Assembly: GCA_037379345.1 (NCBI GenBank)
Contig: CM074521.1
Coordinates: 496,001 to 560,000, forward strand
Reading direction: 5' to 3'
Origin: Perna viridis
Taxonomy: Eukaryota
DNA: 64,000 nt
A program made the position numbers and the translations under genes. The notes under the pieces are model-generated. The model had not been told where the DNA came from, did not search any database, and was given only the letters and a program-made list of their open reading frames with translations. Positions 12,101 through 24,745 of this stretch are shown in pieces; positions within the stretch are counted from its first letter, which is position 1, and each line of letters begins with the position of its first letter.

Positions 12101-15100
12101 TATTACAAATAATGGACAGGTCAGAACTTAACACTCACAGGGAGACATGTTGCAAATAATGGACAGGTCAGAACTTAACACTCACAGGGAGACATATTAC
12201 AAATAATGGACAGGTCAGAACTTAACACTGAAGACATATTACAAATAATGGACAGGTCAGAACTTAACACTGGAGACATATTACAAATAATAGACAGGTC
12301 AGAACTTAACACTGGAGACATATTACAAATAATGGACAGGTCAGAACTTAACACTCACAGGGAGACATATTACAAATAATGGACAGGTCAGAACTTAACA
12401 CTGAAGACATATTACAAATAATGGACAGGTCAGAACTTAACACTGGAGACATATTACAAATAATAGACAGGTCAGAACTTAACACTGGAGACATATTACA
12501 AATAATGGACAGGTCAGAACTTAACACTCACAGGGAGACATATTACAAATAATGGACAGGTCAGAACTTAACACTGAAGACATATTACAAATAATGGACA
12601 GGTCAGAACTTAACACTGGGGACATATTACAAATAATGGACAGGTCAGAACTTAACACTGGAGACATATTAGGCTTATTAAGTCTCCTGGGGAGACAGAT
12701 TATAAATACGGGAACGCACTTCGGTCACAAAATTTTAGACAGGTTGAGATAAATTCCGATGTTTTTATGTCATGGTGTTTGGTATGTTTTAAATACTTGT
12801 AACATGGCAAAACAAAGATAAGTCATTGTATCCATAAACATACAACGCCATACATTACTTTTTGGATTCTTCTGCACTTTCAAAGGCAGTGTTTGATCTC
12901 TACATTGAGATGTGTATAATGTCAAACAAGTTTTGTTAAAACATATTAAGCTGGACATTTCAGCTCCTTTCAGCTTCCTCCTTATTTACTCACTAGAGTA
13001 TCAGGCTTCGTCGAGTTTTTTTTTAATATGTGGTCAGCTGTATACTTAGCCATTTGTTTCTCCTTGCTTCCCGGCAAAACCTTACAGATTTGTTTGTACT
13101 TTTAATCTAACAATTCGAAATATGGATAAATATATAAAATTTTGTATTTCCCCCATAGCGGTGTCAAAGAAAGATTCAGCATGCATACAAACTATGGATG
13201 GTTAACCGGTTAACCATCGGGGGTACCGAATATCGAATACCAAAATGCTACTTGGTTAACTGTCGGAGGTACTGAATATTTAATTCCAGAAATGCTATTT
13301 GGTTAACTGTCGGAGGTACGGAATATCGAATACCGAAAAACGCTACTCGGTTAACCGTACAAAATGTACATGTTATGGGTTTGTGCCAATTTACCGTTCA
13401 TTTGCGCAATATATCATCATTTACGTCTGAATTTACGCCTCAGTCCAATATGGCTAGCCTCAGACTAATAACTAAGCCAATATGGAAAAACTTGCGCAAA
13501 AATACTATAATATTATTGTGAGTGCATGTTGCGTGCTTATCAAATCTTGTTTAAATATATATTTAGATGATCAGAATGAAGAAAACGTGATGAAGATGAA
13601 GGCAAAAATCAATTTCTACGTCGACAAAGTTGGGCAACACAAAAATGTTATGGCGTTTATAGGCTCGGTACAGGATGACCAAGCACGTAGGTATTCTAGT
13701 AAGATATGGAAAAGAACATATAAAACATGTTGGTAATTATTACTTTGTTCTTATTCATTTCAAGTAGAGGACGCTTACCCTATCGGTGTAATAATCCCAC
13801 TTTTTTAGGGGAGTCTGGGTTGCTTATTTCTTTATTAGTTTCTTTGTAAATTCAAACAGTCATTTGTGTTATTTATGTTATATGTCTAAGATATTAATTC
13901 GTCAAGTTTAGTTGAAATTCGCTGTGAAAAAATGGCGGGAAATTTTTCCCGCTGTTTTTCAATATATAAATAGTAACAAAAATCTACGTCACAGATGCTT
14001 CAGGAAACATTTGAGTAGCTCTTCGATAGTTTTCTAGATGTATTGAATATATTTTAGGCTAAAATGACTAAGTTGGGAAAATGATGTGCCACCCATCGCC
14101 TGATTCTTACCAAGAATGGTACTTAATCTTCGTCAAAGTTCTCCCCATTATGGACTAGGATCATTGCTTACCGACCGGATACGATATCGTCGATATTGTT
14201 CGAAACCATAATTAACGCATTGTTGTCAGTGTAAATGTTTAAATGAATGACTTCATAATTACTATTGGGCGTTTCCTTCTGATTTTCGGCTTCTCAGTTC
14301 AAGCGAAAAAAAATATTCTCCTGGACATGATCAACGATAATCTATAATAATTATGTCAAAAAAGCATTTCTACCCGAAGTTTTGTATATTGACTGATCGT
14401 TACACATCCTATTCGTTCTTTATTTAGGAGGACCATTTATGGTCCTGGAACACTGCGAGAAGGGAGTCTTAAAGGACTTTCTGGTTTCTAAGAAAGGTAA
14501 CGTCACCATGGACATTGAAGAGATACTGTTTAGGATGTGTTTTGGAATATGTCTTGGTATGGACTACCTATCTGGAAAAAAAGTGAGTTGAAATGTTTTG
14601 GAAGGGACTACCTATCTTGAAAAATCTTGGAAAAGACTATACCTATCTCAGAAAAATGATGAGTTGAGATGTCTTAGAAGGGATTACCTATCTTGAAAAA
14701 AGGTAAGATGGTTTGTATTGGAAGGAACTACCTACCAGGAAATAAAGTGAGTTGAAATGTCTTAGCATGGACTAGGTAGACCACATGTTTTGTTATAAGT
14801 GCATGCAAGATTGATTACCAGTCTGTCCCGAAGGTAAATTAATACATTTTCCGGGATGTGTGTACATTGACAACCAATGTAGCCGAACGGTAAACTGATA
14901 CAGATTTTTTAGGAGGTAAGCATTGTGGACTAGGCTGACCCAACTGAGGTTTGTGTACCTTTGTACAGTTTAGACTAGTCTGGCTTAAATGTGTGCGTAC
15001 ATTGAGGATTGGTCTGGCCTAATAGAACTGTACAGCGAGGACTAGTCTGGCCTAATAGAACTGTACAGCGAGGACTAGTCTGGCCTAATAGAACTGTACA

Positions 15101-18100
15101 GCGAGGACTAGTCTGGTCGAACTATAAATTGATATGATTGTAGGATTCGCCTTTGAGCCTATGAAGGACGGAGCTATTTGTATTAACCTTGGACTTTGTT
15201 GATAATACAATAATGTGTTGTTATATCGCTGGTATGTCGATCAACAGGAGCATGCGAGACTTCCTAAAATACATGCAATTGTGTCTGCGTTCAAAAGTTC
15301 AAAACATTTTTTCCAAATACACAGTCATTTCCTAAATACGTCACATCCAACAAAAAGATGTTTCAATGCATCTACATATATAGGACATCGCTGACACCTT
15401 CTGTTTGCTTTCACTATAGCAATGCTGGTATTTTGTGAAGATATTCTTCGATCCTGAAATCATTCTGTCCTTCCGTTATCCCTCATCGCTTGTATTCTCT
15501 TATAACTTCAATTAAATCGTTTGATGGATTTACGTGTAAGAATCAGCCTTATAAAAACCAGACAGGAGGTGATTCATGCATGTTAACCAAAGTCACTCTC
15601 AGAAGCAGTTACAGACCACATAATCACTCTTAGTTTGTCATTGTTGCACGTTTGAAATAAATGAATAGGAAAAGAAGTTGCGTAAATATATGGGATATGT
15701 AGACCAAAAATGCATGGTTTGTTCAGTGGGGTTTTCTGCATCACGAATGACCTCTGCCATTGAGAGTGTCTGAATTTCATAGATGTATGACAATATTTTC
15801 TCAAATCTAGAGGAGTATGTAACAACCCAGTTCTATTTGTGTTTTTATTGAGCACCTGCTATTTTAAATTTTGGGTTTCCATTAGAGCGTATCATGAATG
15901 TAAGTAGAGTATTAGTCGTACCCATTTCTATCTTCAAGTTCTCCTATACCATCCTGTAGAATTGAACTTTATATGAATTAAAGAAATTTTTTGCCGTTAT
16001 GCACCCATTTTATCTAAAATTAGAATTTTAGGCCTTCATGGGGACATTGTTGTTGATTCATATGCACTTTGTAGGAGGAACAAATGTACTAATTTGTGTC
16101 CAATACTGCTCTGTGAAAGAATGCATTTTGTCCCATCTAATTTTGTTCTCCGCCGCAACGCACAGGATAGACTTTATCTGGCCTCAGTACAAAATTTATG
16201 TCTTGTTTCGTTTTCAGTCTACTTGTATGTTGTTGGAGTATAATGAGGTAACTATTTCGCTGTACTGTGTATAATATTGTTTTTGAGCCAGCTGCTACAT
16301 GCCCTGTGGTATGATGGTTTCCTCGTCGTTCATTGAAGACCCATGGGTGGCCTTGGGCTGACATTTTTCATCCCGGTGTGCTTATTGCATCTTTGACATA
16401 TTCACCATATTCATTCTCGTATATTAGTAATGGTGTGAGGTCGCCCGTCCGTCACAGTTACTGTGTGGCTGAATCTCCGCTGAAACCGGTAAACCTTCTA
16501 TATTTGATAGGATTTATTGTTATGGGGTGTAAATGTGCATACTACGCTGCCATTTCGTGTCGATAATTTATGGTAGATACAAGACTTAATATATTTACTT
16601 ATTTAATGTTAAACATTTCTCAGTCAAAGAATTAAAACGTTGTGGGTCCTTTCCGTGATTTTAAAATTTAGGTTTTTGAAGTGTAAAACAAGCAATACCG
16701 TATGTTTGATTTGAAATATACCGTGAGAGTATATAATGAGACTAAAGCTATCTCCTAAGTATTTGACCTTTCAACACTGATTGGGACATCTTGTGATTGT
16801 TTTGTCAAATGAAAGGCAATAGAAAATTTTCAACTGATAAAACCTAAGTAGTGGTCAAAATCAAAGTCCGTATAACACAGGACAATATCCGGGTAAAAAC
16901 CGGAAACCACGGCTATGATCCTGTCTAGTACATTACGGTACATTATTTCCAGCACATTTCAACTGTATTATTGAAGGGCAGAACATAGCATGACATTGCC
17001 ACATATGATCTATCTTTTTTCTTTGCTGCCTTGTATGTATTTAATGCTCTTGCGTGTCTTATGTGTATTATTGTTATCGTTATACGTTATGCCAGAGCTT
17101 GCCGGGACTATGCAGACTTTTTGTATCGCGCTAGAACTCTGACAAATAGGCTTCTGGAACAGGGTTATGTTGCTACAAGATTGAAGTCATCACTACAGAA
17201 GTTTTATGGTCGTCATCATGAACTCGTGGATCGTTATGGTGTATCCATCAGCACCATGAAAACTGATTTATTCAACGGGTCATAGTTTTCCTTTCCTCGT
17301 TTGTCTACCCCGGACTTGACTTTTTATGAGCAACTCGGCGGGTGTTTCTAGAAAAGCAGAGGACGCTTACCCTACCGGTGCACCTGGTCCATGCTCCCAG
17401 TTTTTAGTGGAGTCCGAGTTGCTCATTTACTTTTGTTACTTTGTATGTATGATTTTAGTTACTTTATGTTCTTTGTTGTGTATGTCTGTTTTCCATGTCT
17501 GGTCTTTGTCCCTGAATTACATTCTTTTGATTACCGCTATAACCTTGGTTCCCGTGATTACTCTTATTTGAACTTGACACACCTTTCCCACAAAATTCAA
17601 GACTTTTTTTTTAAATCATGGCTTGGTTTACATAATTTTTATTAAAGTTAGTTCTTTTTTTTTTTTACTTATTTTTGTTCATTTTCTTTTTCTGTACTGA
17701 TTTTACCGATTTTGACTGGTTGCAAGTTTATGCTGCTCATTTATGTTCAAATCTTTATTTATAATCGGTACTTGTAAAACATTACAATACAAGTTCTAAT
17801 TAGCTTTTAAAACCAGATTTGAACATAAATGAGCAGCATAAATTTGCGACCAGTCAAAATCGGTAAAATCAGTACAGAAAAAGAAAATGAACAAAAATAA
17901 GTAAAAAAAAAGAACTAACTTTAATAAAAATTATGTAAACCAAGCCATGATTTAAAAAAAAAGTCTTGAATTTTGTGGGAAAGGTGCGTCAAGTTCAAGT
18001 TGAAATAACGTTTTAAGATTTTAATTTGACTTGGTTATTGTCCCGGAAACCTTTCTTGAACCTTTATATAAGTTTATACAATTTTAGTGCATTATGAAGT

Positions 18101-20461
18101 TTCTCATCTTTCTGGCAGGTTGTACACAGACGGTTGGCTGCCAGGAACATCTTACTAAACCACCTGTATGAACCAAAAATCACTGGATTTGGGCCGGATC
18201 CAGATCAAGAGGTGGAAGGGGAGGTAACAAACTTTGATTATTATTATTGTTTGATTATTCATTCACCGAAACTGATTTTAATGCCATTCTAGTGTTATTT
18301 GATTCATTTAATATCGTTTAATGGTACGTGTAACAAATTCGTATAAAATAGTTATGAAGTTAATTTTCTCTTTCATTTAGACAATTTTTCTAAGACTATA
18401 GGTGGGTTAACTTGGAAAACTTTTAAAAAAATATATACAATGATTAAATCCAGATTTTCACTTTCAAACTGTTGAGTATAATTGATTATGTTCATGATTT
18501 GTTTATAAGGAAAGGATTCCGTTGAAATGGATGGCTCCTGAGTGTCACAAGTCAACCAAGGGTGCTACAGAACTTAGTGATGTCTTCTCGTATGGTGTTG
18601 TAATGTGGGAAATATTCTCATTAGGTACATTGTGTTTAATGAATGCTTTGACTTCACTTTCCGCTTTTACTATCATCTACAATGAAGCCAATCGAGACTA
18701 CTCGGCCATTTCCGCTATTCTTAAATCAACTTTGTATACTGAAAGTATAATGTTTTGCGAGTCAAAAATTCCATCCACCAGATAGCACTTTAAATTTTAG
18801 TGAAATATTATTAGAAATAAATAACATAACTCTTCCAAGAATTTTGGCGCGAAGAGAGGAGCGAGCTACGAAAAAGTGTTTAATTATTTTCTACTTCACA
18901 TTTGACGTAGCAAATCAAAGTGCATTAGACTCATCTGTACCCTTTCATTTAGTATTGAATGCTACATGTAAGTCTTATATGAAAGTTGAAATGGGTCCTC
19001 GATTCATTCGACCATTCATTTCTGTATATCAGAGTTTTGATGTCCTGTATGATTATCAGTCTGCGCTATTTATAGAAGAATAAATGTTCACTTATTTGTA
19101 CTTAAGATAGATATAGAAAGTAAAAAGGCAGCGACTTTCGTTATCACTTTGGTCTTATTTTCAATTCTGTTTTTTTTTTTTTCAACACTACATTTTAGGC
19201 GATACACCATACCCTGGGATCCAGAGCAGAGATGTTTTCTCAAAACAGAAACAAGGATATAAGATGAAGAAACCAGAACTATGCGATGATCAGTAAGTAA
19301 ATGGGTTCAGATAGAGTGTTCAATCTATTCTAAATATTTCAAACAGATAGGCCATTTAAGCCCGATGGCCAATCATATTCATAATAGTTTTTCATATTGA
19401 CAGGTTTTAGTTACGTGATTGTCCAAAGGTTAAGGTTCAGCATCACTTTTAGACAAATTAAACTCAATTAAATACTACGCTGTAGAAGAAGATGTGCACC
19501 TGCGAATTTAATGTACACCTATAGACACGGTAATTAAAATAAAATTCCTTTTCTGCTTTAAAATATTTTAATCCTATCTCGAATTTGCTGTACATAATTT
19601 GCTATTCTGCAGATGGTGCAAAAATAAATTAAGTATATTTCATGGTTTGAGATGTTCCGGTTCCCCACACGTCAAACGTGAACAGTAGAACCTAGATCTC
19701 GGTGATGGCTTTGGCTTCCTATTTCGATCGTTTTGGTTTTTACTACTTCTAAAATCTTGAATACAATTTATTTTGGGATTAACATTTTCCTACATTGTAT
19801 ATATTTGATTCAAATGCTTCTAATAAGTGGGTTTTCTTTGAAGCACATGTACAGCATGTCGAAATTTTCAATACATGTATATATGATTGGTATTTCTTTT
19901 AAATTCAAATTGGTGTGCTTGTCAAAGATTCTTTCTAGTAAAGTCGATGGACATGTTCAATAAACACATCCGCAATGTATGGCTTGGGTAGAACAAAATC
20001 ATTTTCCACCCGGAAGTGTTTATTGTGTATGCTCTATGCAGTTAGCACGAAAGACGATTAATTTAAATTATAAATAAGTGGATGTATCAAGAGAAATTCA
20101 TTCAGGTGTTTGTTCATTTTGTAATCATCTGTATTCGAAGCAAAAGTAAGTTCAGTTTTGATTTAATTGATTTTTCATAAAATTAATGTAACTTTCCCTT
20201 ATCTTGGGGATCCATTTTATTTTTTTAGATACACAGGTTTGTAGACAGAGGGAAATTGAGTCGATTTGACGAAAGATTATTATGAGCCTTAATGCGCTGT
20301 AAAATTTTAATTATTTTAGATTTTACAAGATAATGTTGAACTGTTGGCACTACCATCCTTCTAAGCGAAACGGATTCGCCCAAATCAAAGACGATCTGAG
20401 TACAATGTTTACAGAGGCTCCTGGTGATGATTACTACTACAGGTCTAATGAACTAGAATAG
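3143..20461 (+). CDS. FN3-domain single-pass receptor tyrosine kinase-like protein, predicted pseudokinase, 5'-partial. Exons: 3143-3433, 4017-4085, 9957-10111, 11591-11792, 13567-13686, 14428-14582, 18119-18223, 18510-18624, 19199-19292, 20320-20461
   Basis: All nine introns are GT-AG with matching phases (1448 nt = 2 + 482 codons including TAG). FN3 domain ([18 protein letters not shown]...[15 protein letters not shown]), TM segment ([22 protein letters not shown]), kinase motifs [82 protein letters not shown]. Upstream exons lie outside the window. Confidence 0.9.
4840..6045 (+). mobile_element. Degenerate non-LTR retrotransposon (LINE, RTE-X-like) RT/C-terminal fragment
   Basis: Frameshifted pieces: [69 protein letters not shown], and a C-terminal [19 protein letters not shown] zinc-knuckle motif. 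Clade assignment is inference. Confidence 0.8.
6146..6760 (-). mobile_element. Relic of a Ulp1-like cysteine protease + PHD finger ORF of DNA-transposon type
   Basis: Minus strand reads [55 protein letters not shown], then a PHD-like C...VGCD...C.VWKH..C. Frameshifted. Confidence 0.6.
7130..8075 (+). mobile_element. 3' end of a second LINE (RTE-X-like) with microsatellite tail
   Basis: [43 protein letters not shown] (CCHC motif), followed by AATAAA and a (GAATCT)n tail at about 8048-8074. Confidence 0.75.
9163..9400. repeat. Minisatellite, ~46-bp unit, ~5 copies
   Basis: Unit gtgtgaagttgtcagcatgtaaagatatacaattaacattgtcagt. Confidence 0.9.
10857..11472. repeat. Minisatellite, ~46-47-bp units in two loop-inverted variants
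   Basis: Units cagcgcatcgatgtttttGTCAGATaaaaacatcatgtg... and cagtgcatctatgtttatATCTGACaaaaaacctcatgtg... Confidence 0.9.
11915..12670. repeat. Minisatellite with interspersed 42-bp and 47-bp units
   Basis: ggagacatattacaaataatggacaggtcagaacttaacact(cacag); explains the spurious ORF 12552-12752. Confidence 0.95.
13205..13358. repeat. Short tandem repeat, ~47-bp unit x3
   Basis: ggttaactgtcggaggtac(c/t/g)gaatatcgaatacc..aaatgctac.t repeated. Confidence 0.75.
14548..14775. repeat. Degenerate ~43-bp tandem repeat overlapping the 3' end and splice donor of kinase exon 14428-14582
   Basis: atgtcttggtatggactacctatctggaaaaaaagtgagttgaa recurs about five times in degenerate form in the intron. Confidence 0.75.
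15005..15118. repeat. Tandem repeat, ~33-bp unit x3.5
   Basis: gaggactagtctggcctaatagaactgtacagc repeated. Confidence 0.9.
17080..17565 (+). mobile_element. Penelope-like retroelement 3' fragment (same family as 55697-57170)
   Basis: Encodes [52 protein letters not shown], then the family 3' UTR ending ggttcccgtgattactct. Confidence 0.85.
17568..17998. mobile_element. Foldback/MITE-like palindrome, ~185-bp near-perfect arms, 60-bp spacer
   Basis: 17568-17754 (ttgaacttgacac...gttcaaatct) is the reverse complement of 17815-17998 (agatttgaac...gtcaagttcaa). Confidence 0.9.
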
Positions 20462-22072
20462 ACTCTTTACTGTGTCGGTTTGTATGGGGTGTATTATTTT
20501 CCCTTTTACCAGTAGTGTGTTGACAGTGCTTCAGTATATTGTTTGGCGTATATTTTGTTTTCAATAGATTAAGCCAGACATGAAAGTCAATTAAATTTAA
20601 GTCCACTTATTTAAAATGGAAGATAGATATTTAGCCATAGCTGTATATAAAGCTATTGATTTGTTCTTTTATTTGCAATTAATTCGCTTTGGTATAGATA
20701 TTTGAAAAAAAAAAAATATTTTTCTGAATTCAAGTGTGCAGGGGCAGATCCAGAATTTTGTGAAAAGGGGTGTCTGATCTAGAAAGTATTACAAAGAGTG
20801 GGTTTCCAAGCTACCTCTTAGATAGACAAAAAAGTGGGTATAGTTCCAAGCTACCTCCTAGGTAGACAAAAAAAGTGGGCATAGTATAAACAACAATAAA
20901 TAGCAAGCGGACACGTCTGAGACCACACATAATAACTCAAATACTGAAACAAAATAATTTAGTGATATTTTTGTGATTAAAAAAAATTCTGGTCCAAAGG
21001 GTCTGTGGGCCTCAGGTAAAGGTCACAACTCTGACAAATCATTGAAGCGTTTGTATTCAGCATTTTACATCAATCTCATGTAAGCATCAAAGTAACTGAT
21101 TGCATTCTGTTTCAAATGAAAGCTTGATAAGCGTTGGTGAAATTGAATATGATACAATCATATCACTGATTTCAAAAGTTATGTCCCTTACCTTAGGTCT
21201 ACCTCCTTAACATAAAGCACAAATGTAATTGAAAAATGACAACTTGCCAAAAAAGTTTTATTTTTTAGTCATTTAATATATTTATAATTTTCTTTCGTTT
21301 TTGTATAGAAATCTTTGTTTTTGCTTCGCTGATTAATTTTAATACAAGCTTAAAATTAGCAGAATAACAGAATAATTCGGTGTTTTCTTAAATGTATACG
21401 GAATTACGTATAATGTTATGGGCTATAATTTTCGCGGGTTCCAAATTTTCTAAATGTTCTAATGAGAAGGATGTCAAATTTTAGCCATCTTTAATTTTCG
21501 ATTATTAAAAATGTAAAAATGCGCGATATATGCTAGTACACAGAGAAAAATTTGCGAGATTTTATTTTCTCGCCAACATGGCGAAATACGTCTATTCAAA
21601 CAAAATTATAGCATCGGAAACGCATGAGATTTTTTAAAAACTATACAGTTATGAAGTACGCCGGCATTTTGATTCAATAAGATCGTATTTGTTATTGTTT
21701 TTGGCTATGTATACGTATATATCTAATATATCTCCGTATTGTCCTGTGTAGCAGTGTATAGCAATCATTTTGTCCTTATAACTTAAATAACTTAATATCT
21801 GTCTAAAAAACAAACATAAACATTGATATAGTTAGTTTACTTCTCTTAGATTGTGTCTACGCTTTTTGCTATTTTCATTAATAAATATAGCTAACAATTG
21901 ACTGCTTTATTTCTAAGTATCGGCCATACAGGGAAGCCATGAATTATCCAACGCACAAATCATTGATACGGGAATTATTTCGGAAAAAAATATTCCCAAA
22001 TTTGTGCAAAAAAAATCAAGTCAGCAGTGGGCAGAAAAAAATTATGTTTCAATATTTCTCCTATTATTTAAA

Positions 22073-22297
22073 AGTAATCAAGGGAACCAAGGTTATAGCG
22101 GTAATCAAAAGTATGTAATCCAGAGACAAAGACCAGACATGGAACACAGACATACACAACAAAGAACATAAAGTCACTAAAATCATACATACAGTACAAA
22201 GTAACAAAAGCAAATGAACAACTCGAACTCCACTAAACACTGGGAGCATAGACCAGGTGCACCGGTAGGGTAAGCGTCCTCTGCTTTTCTAGAAACA
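22073..22297 (-). mobile_element. Penelope-like family 3' UTR fragment
   Basis: Reverse complement of the 17345-17565 segment. Confidence 0.85.
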
Positions 22298-24384
22298 TGT
22301 TGCTGAAAATAAAACATATAACTCGACATAAAATCCCAGTCCCTAGAGAAGAAAATGGTCTACGCCTAAGTAAGGAAGCTTTCCATAGCATGGCATTCAT
22401 CGCTGTCCATAGCATGGCATCCATCGCTGTCCGTAGCATTCATCTGTCACTCTGGTTAGCAGAATCTATCATCTATACATAAAGCGGTGTTACCGATCGA
22501 TACAGGTCAATATATAGAATTCGAAATTTCCGCTCCTGAACATTCAGTTTTACCAGTCCTTGCTTTAACAAATTATATAACCAAAATGAACAGTCAATGT
22601 TATGGTTCTATCCAAACACTTAGTGCCTACATGTAGTATAACCACTGCAATGTTAGCTGGATTTTATGTCTTGTCACGTGTGAATTCCATTTCAAAGGCA
22701 TAGGCAGTGGATACAATAATATAGAATTAAGACCAAAAAAAAGCACAATGCGTAAATTCAATGATAAAAATATGAAGAGTAACTATTTCTACACTATAAT
22801 AAGTTTGGTAGTAACACAAAATAGACAGTCTGATAACCATGCATAATATTGATGTACCCGGAAGTAGCAAACTAATTACAAATGGGTCTTGGATTTTGAA
22901 TGATTTCAACAGTATAAATTCCGGGCGAACAGTTTCACACGCATGCCCATTTTGTTGTCATGGAGGGATAATGGATAATGTAGTGTTTATCTTCTTTTAT
23001 TTTTAATCAAGGCACATCACGTTTTTATCGTAAGTGTTATTATTAATGGGTAATTTTGTTAGGCGTAAATTATGCGAACTCAGTGATCATGAGAATCCGA
23101 TTTTTACTCGATACTAGCCATTGAGGATCATGAGAGCGTCACCAACACCCACAGAAATAATATTTTTACTATTTTCATATGTTATTAAAAGTCGCGAACT
23201 TGAACTTTTAAAGTATTAAAAGGAGGGTAAAAAATTGAAATTGAGCATTGATGTTGAAGTTTCTAGACAGTACAGTTACTTTTATACACACATATTTCGA
23301 CCATGTATATAAAACTGTATTATTTAAATTATGTTATACATATCAAACACTTAGTGTAGAAAATCTGAGAAAAACATGTATACCATAGATACTGGTTCAC
23401 TAGAACCCTTTCATTAATTCATTATAGCTGCAGATAAGACGGCAGGACACTGAACCAAGACTATAGTAAGCGTACATGATAGGTGTGGGTTCAAGGACAG
23501 ACGTTCCGGGCGTACGCTCCCTACAATTGTAAAAAAAAATATTGGTTTTTTTTGTTTTTTTTTATATTCATGGTTTTTTCGCAATTCTACCTCAAAGATT
23601 TATCTTGCCTGGCATGAACTTCTATTTACGCCCCTTCCACCCGGGACCCTGGATCCGCTCGTGTATACCGACCTAAATATGTCTGTAAAAGCCGTTGACG
23701 AGTGATAAAGTTATCAAGTTATTTAGACACGTCATGTTTATCACACATAAGTTCAACATTTAGGACCAAACACATGTAAGTTGTTCATTTTTATAGGTGT
23801 AATACATCAAAGTATATAAAACCAGAAAAACTTAAGTCATTGGCACTGACATAAAAAATAGTTTTAATGCCTGTTCATATTCACTACCGTTCATTCATTG
23901 GAATAAAGCACCTACCGAGTTATTATGTGGTTCTTTTGACATGTCACATGTCTTGACCATAGGGATGTCCTCGCCACTGTCAAATATGTGCAGATGGACT
24001 TGTATAAACGGACAGATGAGGATTTGATTGGGGTATGCAAGCCCGGTGGTTTATTGTTCAAACATTTTACCACAAATACAAGAAATTTTATAAAACATGT
24101 ACGCGTAACCAACACTCTAAATTTACAAACATATAATATACCTTATCACACAAAGTCATGTTTTTTATTGTTTATTTTGACCCAAGAAACATTTTGCACA
24201 CAAACCTTCCAAAATTTCTAATAGACAATGTTTATTTTATTAAATGAAAGTGTCAGTGAAAGTTGAATGTAGATATTTACGGCTACGTATTACTTGATCT
24301 CTAATATGAAATAGTATGGAAAAGTTTCCATCCAAAAAATTGAACTACCAATCAAAAAGTATTTCCTAATATACATCTTTCCCA

Positions 24385-24745
24385 GGGGAGTGAAAGCAAG
24401 GAATCTGAATTCGGTTATTAAAAAGAACATTATCCAGAGATAACGGCAAGACAATAAAATGGACAGCAAAGAACACAAAATAAACAACGCACATATAAAC
24501 AAAATAAAAGGGACATCCCGGACTGTACTAAAATCTGGAAGCATGGACCTAGTGCACTGGTAGGGTAAGCATCCTCTGCTTTTCCAGAAACACCCTCCGA
24601 GTTACTAATAAAATGTCACGTCCGGGGTAGACGAAAGAGGAAAGGAAAAATAAGACTCTGCGAACTAATTGGTTCCAATGGTGCAGATGGACAAACCATA
24701 ACGATCCACGAGTTCTAAGAACACCAACCGGCTTGCTCATAAAAT
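24385..24745 (-). mobile_element. Diverged Penelope-like family 3' fragment
   Basis: Contains gcatggacctagtgcactggtagggtaagcatcctctgcttttccagaaacaccc and ccggggtagacgaaagaggaaagg, shared with the other copies. Confidence 0.75.

Noticed and set aside
11915-12670. Regular repeats here (and at 26308-28140, 31990-34337) as a CRISPR array
   Set aside because: Units are head-to-tail with no unique spacers, there are no cas genes, and the context is a spliced eukaryotic locus.
17320-17430. SECIS element in the PLE 3' UTR (ATGA...AAAA)
   Set aside because: The TGAG is Watson-Crick paired to CTCA rather than forming a GA/GA quartet, and spacing to the A-run does not fit.
17326-17645. ORF-track proteins such as [23 protein letters not shown] and [18 protein letters not shown] (also at 22064, 37799, 37837, 55617)
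   Set aside because: Chance frames in the repeated retroelement 3' UTR; frames differ between copies.
3143-20461. Kinase gene as a decayed pseudogene
   Set aside because: Ten exons keep frame and canonical splice sites with no stops; changes are concentrated in catalytic motifs.
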